A DNA stretch of 64,000 nt. It comes from Eledone cirrhosa (taxonomy: Eukaryota). Below, one piece after another: positions 56,827-64,000 of this stretch. The stretch lies in assembly GCA_964016885.1 (NCBI GenBank), contig OZ024754.1:37758001-37822000 (forward strand), given 5' to 3'. How positions within the stretch are numbered: the stretch's first letter is position 1; every line of letters starts with the position of its first letter. Position numbers and translations under genes: made by a program. Under the pieces are notes generated by a model. That model had not been told where the DNA came from. It did no database searches and saw nothing but the letters and a program-made list of their open reading frames with translations.

Positions 56827-57637
56827 GTAAGTAGACAATACTTTTGTTATTATTATTATTTTTAAAAAATTAAATTGATAATTTGATATCTCTATTATTA
56901 ACAAGTGAAGGCACGTGGCTTAGTGGTTAGAGAATTGGATTCGCAATCGTGAGGTTGCGAGTTCGACACATTATGTCCTTGAGCAACACACTTTTTATAT
57001 CACGCTACTTTATGTGCCAGGAGTGGCGACTAGTAGATAGTATCAACAATGGAAAGACCATATATCCACTGTATGTATCAGATAGGGTTTGGTAAAAACC
57101 AGCTAGACCATAACCCACGAGAGTACTCGATACTTGGGGTAGCAGAGTGGGTTATATGAAAAGATTCAGGACTCCCGACAGCTAAGCTCCGGCTGTTTCG
57201 ACAGCTAGATCCGAACTGTTTGGATATAGCTGTCGAAATGGTTGGAGCTCGGCCGTCGGCGTCTTCAATCTTTTCACATTGTATATAGATATATATATAT
57301 GTGTGTGTGTGTGTGTATATATTTTTGTCACATCGCCAGTTTGAAGAGCAGATTGATAATGGAGACGAGTCCATAACTCCTAAGGAAGACCTTGAGCCAA
57401 TCTTCTGTGATACGCGCATAACAGGTCGATATCATCATCATCATCTTTTAACGTCTATCTTCCACGTTAGTATGGGTTAAACAGGTTTGTTCCATTTGAG
57501 GCAAGTTGGGTCGGGTGACCGTGTCTCGCTCGTATAGGACTGTTTCTAACTGGTTTTCTACGGCTGGATGTCCTTCCTAACGCCAAACACATTTATAGAG
57601 TGTTTGGGTGCTTTTTGAGTGTCCCCTACACGACCAT

Positions 57638-58358
57638 TAGTGGTAGAAATGCCAGGAACTATCATACAATCCCTGATTAGCAAGACTAATTCAGTACTAT
57701 ATGAACACACCAGACGAAGAAATGACGGTAATATAGACAACATAGAAATTAAAATAATATCTAAGCATAGAAATGACTTAACAAGTAGGCGAATTAGAGA
57801 AGCAACTGAGATAGAACTAAGAAAACCAAAGTTAAACAGAAAGACCGAATGAAATAACAACAACCATACCCAAACAAACAATACTGACCTAAGGGAAATA
57901 TAAAGAAATAAACAAATAAATAAATACACAAATACAATAACAACAAACATATAAATACACACTAGTGAACAAAGATAGAATACAAAACAAAAACACATAC
58001 ACGCAGACGCGAACACACACACCAAACATTAAACACACACGCAAACGCATGCGCAGAGACAGAGACAAGAAGAAATAAATAAATAAATAAAATAAAAATA
58101 GCGTAGGCTTTACAATACAACGGGAGGAAACATAATAGTACCACTGATGCTGTCGCATATGTGTGATGAAAGAACTTTTATATATATTTATATCTGTATT
58201 TTTAACCGTTGGTCAATCAATGATAAACATTGATTGCCAGATAAATTAACTATGGAGATATAAAAGATACAGAAAGAAAACCAACCCAACCCAAACAGTG
58301 AGTGTGCTCTGTTATTATTTCTGGCAATATTATAACAATATGACCCTCCCCAAGTATA
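57638..58358 (+). mobile_element. Degenerate PLE 3' fragment in intron 4 of copy 3
   Basis: VVEMPGT..SLISKT...DNIEIKIISKHRND...RIREA.EI, plus pLTR. Confidence 0.75.
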
Positions 58359-59064
58359 TATATATATATATATATATATATGTAACAAATGTAAGTTAAC
58401 AGGTAATCTTTGTTTTGTTTTTTGTTATTGTTGTTCTTTTTTCTGTCCAATATTTCGGGACCTAAAAGTCCCTTCTTCAGGGTTTAAGGAACTTTCAGAG
58501 GATAATGTTCCACAAAAAAACAAAACAAATATTACCAGGTAACTTACTTTTCATTCCTCATCTTACAGTCCATTTTGTATTGTTTAGTCTTCTATCTCTT
58601 TCCACGTTATATATATTACCTCTCTAAGACAATGAGACTGGATCGAGATCTCTGGCGCCATGCAGTTGTACAGAAGACCCGACTGCCATTGCATACAAAC
58701 CTACAGTCAGAAGGCACCTCTTAACCCTATGTACACCCCACCCCATATACCCCCCACCATCCTCTCTTTCCCGTTCCGTCCACTGTGTCAATGACACAAC
58801 AGTCCACACTGTAAGGTGGTTGTGTAGGTGACACGGTAAAAAGGCTCCCAGCCCACACTGTAAATGTGGTTGGTGTTAGGAAGGGCATCCAGCTGTAATA
58901 AAACCTGGCAGACACACTTCCATACGAACGAGACACGGTGTCTCGACCATTCCTGCATCAAATGGATCCTAACCGTCTAACCCATGCTAGCGTGGAAGGT
59001 GGATCTTAAGCGATAATGGTAATGATGATGATGATGATATATATATACATATACATATATATAT

Positions 59065-59106
<42 letters not shown>

Positions 59107-59170
59107 AGAGGTGGGTTGTATGTATGCATATTCAATCAAACCATGGGTTATATTTTTTTTGTTTTAACAG

Positions 59171-59216
59171 TGGACTGCGGTTTTCAGAAGTTTGGAAGAA
59201 AATATGGAGTCATTAA
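59171..59216 (+). CDS. SLC46-like copy 3, terminal exon 5
   Basis: GTTTTAACAG acceptor; IGLRFSEVWKKIWSH*. Confidence 0.7.
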
Positions 59217-59380
59217 GGAGAAGCGGTGATAAAAACAGTGTTGGTAATAATTTCAAGAATTATTTACTGCTGCAATTTGGTCATCTACGAGATGAATAAA
59301 ACATCGCTAAAATGGCAATGAGGTTTCGTTTTTATTGTGTATATGTATGTGCCAGTGTGTTTGTGTGTGTGTGCGTGTGC

Positions 59381-59415
<35 letters not shown>

Positions 59416-60379
59416 TGTATGTGCGTGTGTGTGTGTGTGTTTGTGCGTGTGTGTGTACTGTGTATGTATTTGAGAGGGAGAGAGAGAAGGAAAGAGAGGG
59501 AAAGAGAGATAGAGAAATATATATAGTTTAAAATATTCTTTAAACTAGACTACGAGACCCCTGGATTATAAGGGTAGGCGCTGCAGCCGACATAGCCCAT
59601 ATGTAAATCCAGTGCTACCTTGGGACGCCATTGCTTCAGTGAACAAGTTACCGCCTCTTCTCCTTTTCATGAAACTGCCTCAAGTTTCCCACCATTGTGC
59701 TTACTAATCATTTTTTCAATATTGCTCAACAAACCCCGTGTCATTTCCCTGTTCCTCTAAAATTATTTAACATTTTTCATACAAAATTATTTGGTTCCAA
59801 ACTCTGTACTACTATAAATTTTGGATTAAAAGTTCTTGTAATAGCAAGTAATTTGAGTGAGATTTCACAATTTACACTCCTGTTTGGTTTCAATTTCTGG
59901 GCCAATTTAAATTTTGGATTAACAGTTCTAACAATATCGAGTGGGTTGAAAGGAATGTAATTGCTATTTTTAGCAGGTCAACCGACCTAGTATATGGTTT
60001 CAGTCATTAGACTGTGGCCATGTTGGAGCCACATTAATGTTTGTTTCGAGTTTGGCACTTACTTCATCGATTTCCTTTTGTCGAACCGCTAGTTTACGTG
60101 GATATAAACAAACAGTAAACGCAAAGGGCACACACTGCTTCGACCGACCTTATTATTCAACCAGAGGCTACAGTAAAAGATACTTGTTCAAGGTGTTATG
60201 TAATGTGACTGAGCTTGACCACAATGACAATCTCTCTGTCTCTCATATGTATTTACACACATACACTCATATGTGCGTAAGTATACATATATATATATAT
60301 ATGTGTACTTACAAAGATATATGTATAATATATACACAAATATATATATATAAACCATTATCATGATATATATATATTG

Positions 60380-60468
<89 letters not shown>

Positions 60469-60969
60469 GTTGGTACCACAAAACACCCAGCTCACACTAA
60501 AGTGGTTGTGTAGGTGACATGACATAAAGCAACCAGCACACACTGTAAATGTGGTTGGCGCTAGGAAGGGCATCCAGCCGTAGAAAACCAGCCAGAAACA
60601 GTCGTATATGAGCGAGACACAGTTACCCGACTCAATTTGCCTCTAACTAGGACAAACCTGACTAACCCATGCTAGCGTGGAAGAAAGACGTTAAACGACG
60701 ACGATGATGATGATATATATATATTTATATTTATATTTAAATAATTTTGAAAATCATATAATGCATTAGAAAATTGAAAGTGATAAGATAATAAAATCTT
60801 ACCTTAGCAAATTTTATAATCCCAAATATTTTCGCATTTAAATTTTGCTAATGTAAGATTCTATTGTTATCTTATCACTTTTGATTTTCTAATGCATTGT
60901 ATGGTTTTCAAAATTATTTAAATTTGTGTTTCCTATTCAACAATGCCTCAAGCAAACTACAACATTCTG

Positions 60970-61028
<59 letters not shown>

Positions 61029-61999
61029 TAAAAAAATAGAGCAAGAAATCAGGACTATCCGTCATCAGTGATCTTCTGGCCATCATCAGTATTTCTTCGC
61101 TTTAAAGAACAGATACCTCAAGCCAGTGCGAACAATAACTAAAATAAGTTATTGGGATAAAAAGAATTGGGTGGAGAAAGAGAGACATGTAAACAAACAA
61201 AAATGGTAAGGCAACGTAAAGAGAGGAAAATGGGAAAACACGTCAGTGGTACATGTGAACTTAAGTTCTAGCAAATCATTGACGAGAAGACGAAGGACGC
61301 GTCCGAACCCTGCGAAATGTAAGCGAGAAAAAGATTTCACACAGGTCAGACGGGAGGAAGTGAGAGAGGGGGAGTAGCAGAGAGTGAGTGAGTGAAAGTG
61401 TGAGGAAGAGGCCAGCCGAGAGAGGGTGACCAGCAGAGGGGGTGAATGAAAGTAAGAGGTACAGGAGAGAGAAGGTAAGAGAGAAAGAGGATAGCAGTAA
61501 GAGTACGAGAGAGGGAGAGAGTGTGTGTGTATGTGAGAGAAAGTGTGTACGAGAGAGGGAGAGAGTGTGTGTGTGTATGTGAGAGAAAGTGTGTATGAGA
61601 GAGAAAGAGAGGGAGGAAGAGAGAGTGGAGGTGCTTGGTTCAGCAGTTAGAATGTTCGGCTCACAATCGCAAGGTTGTGAGTTCGAATAATCTGCGACGT
61701 GTTGTGTCCTTCGTGACGATTCTTTATTTCACGTTTCTCGAATTCACTCAGTTGTAAAAAGATTAGTTGTACTTCAAATGACTTGTCACACAATGTCACA
61801 TTCAATATCCCTCTAGACCACGTTAAGAGTAGACATCTCTCTGGAATGCTCAGTCACTTGTATGTCATTCCCTGACCAATAAAATCTTAAAATAGCTACT
61901 GAGTTGAACTTTATTTAGACCTGCCAACCTCTAAAAACCCAAACGGGGAGTACCATGAAAAAAAGGGCCCCAAAATGGAGAGAAATGGGGGAATTTTAC

Positions 62000-62185
62000 A
62001 TAATTGTTTCTACGTTTGGCACAAGGCCAGCAATTACCCAGTACATTACTGGTACTTTATTTTATCGACCCCGTAAGGATGAAAGGCAAAGTTAACCCTG
62101 GCGGGATTTGAACTTAGACCACAAAGGGCCGTAACTCTTTGTTGCAAAGCATGGCGTCCGACTCTCTGCTGATACTGCCAATCAA
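62000..62185 (-). mobile_element. tRNA-derived SINE
   Basis: Reverse complement of the 4832 family. Confidence 0.75.
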
Positions 62186-62544
62186 TGGAAGCTATACCCA
62201 TTTTCACAAGAGAAGACATCTCTCATCCACTCCAGAGTGGGTGGGAGATCACCCCGTCGGGCGGAGAGAGTTAACAGGTCTGTTTATTATCCAATCAAAT
62301 TTACTCTATTTTATTCAGAGAGAGTATCAAGCACTAGGTTATTCTAATTGAAGATTTAGTCGGCATTTATTGCCGAAATATTTACCACGTTGAGGTTTTA
62401 TTGTTGATTTATTTTTCAATATTTGTGGTTTAATCCAAGTTGAGTTATGTCGAACGTACATAGGTTACCAATATTCCACCAGTAACTATGCCGCCTTTTA
62501 ATGTGTTCAGTGCAAACTATGCCGCCTTTTAATGTGTTCAGTGC

Positions 62545-62836
62545 AAACTATGCAGTGTGGAAATACATTAACAGACTAAGATCTGATGTTGGACGTGCAA
62601 AAATCAATCTTGCAAAATGGGGATATTTAAAGGATGGGGGTGTTGTGTGTGATTGCGGCATCGAACCACAGACTACGCAGCACCTCCTGATATGATGCCC
62701 TGTTGGAACACCCCTGTACAGCATTGGACTTGGCAGTGTTTAATGAGAAAGGACAGCAATGTTTTCAGCTGTGGCGGAACCACATCTAGCCAAGCTTTGT
62801 AACTGACACTCTTGTAGCCACGATAAGAAGAAGAAG
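62545..62836 (+). mobile_element. Non-LTR retrotransposon 3' fragment (CCHC C-terminus)
   Basis: WKYINRLRSDVGRAKINLAKWGY...CDCGIEPQTTQHLLI; (AGA)n tail. Confidence 0.6.
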
Positions 62837-63204
62837 CACTTGGTATCTGATACAAGCAAAGGCCTTGTTTCAGGGGGGTACCAGGGGACAAGTCACCCCC
62901 CCCCCCCCATCTCACCCCCACCCCACCCTCACCCCACACACACTATATTTTATTTTTTGTTTATTTGACATAATAAATTCTTTTTAAGCTTATTTTTTTA
63001 TATCTGAACTTCATTTGAATATATAAAATTTAATTAGCGTAAGATTTTCCTTATGTGATAGGGTCCGTGAAATGTGATAGGCACCATAAGCAATACTAAC
63101 AGTGTTCCTTTAAGAATCAACAAATGTTGGTTCGTCCCCATCACACTTTTAAGGCAAACAAGGCCCCTGGATACAAGTATCCTACTTTTAGAATTTGTGC
63201 GTTC

Positions 63205-63900
63205 ACAAATCTTCTTTGCAATATGCACTCGTTCAGTGCCCGAGCATTGCTGACTTGTGGAACTATGTCGAACAGTTGCTGTCACGTGTGGGACTGATCC
63301 GGTTGTCGACTGAGTCCATTGTGCAGATGGTCTCGCCGTCTTCCTTCGAGGAGGAAGGGCAGGCGGTCTTCATCTGCCTGGTGGCCATGGCGAAAGAGAT
63401 TGTGGTGGACAAGGTTAAAAGGGTTAAAGACAGACACTTTCCTCTTCGGCGAATCCCTAATTAACTTTTTCAAGTTTCACTTGAAGAGAAAATCAGGGTG
63501 GAGGGGCAAGTGCTGCCTTCTAGCAAGTTTGTTGAAAGGTGGGTGAATGTAGCGAGAATGGTCCGAGTGAACGGGACCGCTCTGAATATACGTCTGTAGT
63601 TTGAGAGATGGAAAAATTGAGAGAGAGCGCTTGCCCTGGTGGTCAGGGTGGCCGTGGTCTTTTGTGTGGTTTTTGCCACGAGTAACCCTCGGAGGTTTCC
63701 CCCCTATTGGGGAATTTTTCATTGTTTCAATTTTCATTTTTATTGTTTATATATATATATATGTTTTATGTTCTTTTTTTTTTCTTTTCTTATATAAATA
63801 ATAAAAATATTTACACGCACAAAACCCACATCGTACCGTTCTGTGCCGTCTGTAATGTTTTTCTTGATGTCAGCCCTTGTGGCCAATAAAGAAATCAATA
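63205..63900 (+). mobile_element. L1/Tx1-like LINE 3' end
   Basis: ALVQCPSIADLWNYVEQLL...FICLVAMAKE..W..R-type C-terminus, 3' UTR ending ccaataaagaaat. Confidence 0.55.
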
Positions 63901-64000
63901 TTATTATTTAAAAAAAAAATAATAAATAAAGAAATAAAGAAATCAATATTATTATTATTATTATTATTATTTTGGCGACAGTTAGAATGACAATAACGCT

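Overview
AT-rich, microsatellite-dense animal genomic DNA. The SINE, RTE and Penelope repeat content suggests a cephalopod (Octopus-like); this is inference. The window is a tandem segmental duplication holding three copies of a plus-strand SLC46 (PCFT/SLC46A3-like) MFS transporter gene, with the start of a probable fourth unit at the right edge. The internal exons are 850, 84 and 157 nt, matching the human SLC46A1 architecture as I recall it. Most striking: the ~160-bp 'satellite' upstream of copies 2 and 3 (20.9-26.1 kb, 32 units; 51.5-54.1 kb, at least 12 units) is a tandem array of exon+intron modules. Each has a 75- or 78-nt phase-1/phase-1 exon, stop-free in the units I translated, and a short GT..AG intron. 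The phase matches an ATG-less, phase-1 acceptor in front of the transporter's TM1 exon, which suggests an SLC46 transporter with an ~800-aa, microexon-built repetitive N-terminus. The rest is Penelope-like elements with inverted pLTRs and minimal hammerhead ribozymes, RTE/CRE/Tx1-like LINE fragments, tRNA-derived SINEs, many (TA)n-flanked foldback hairpins, and one assembly gap.
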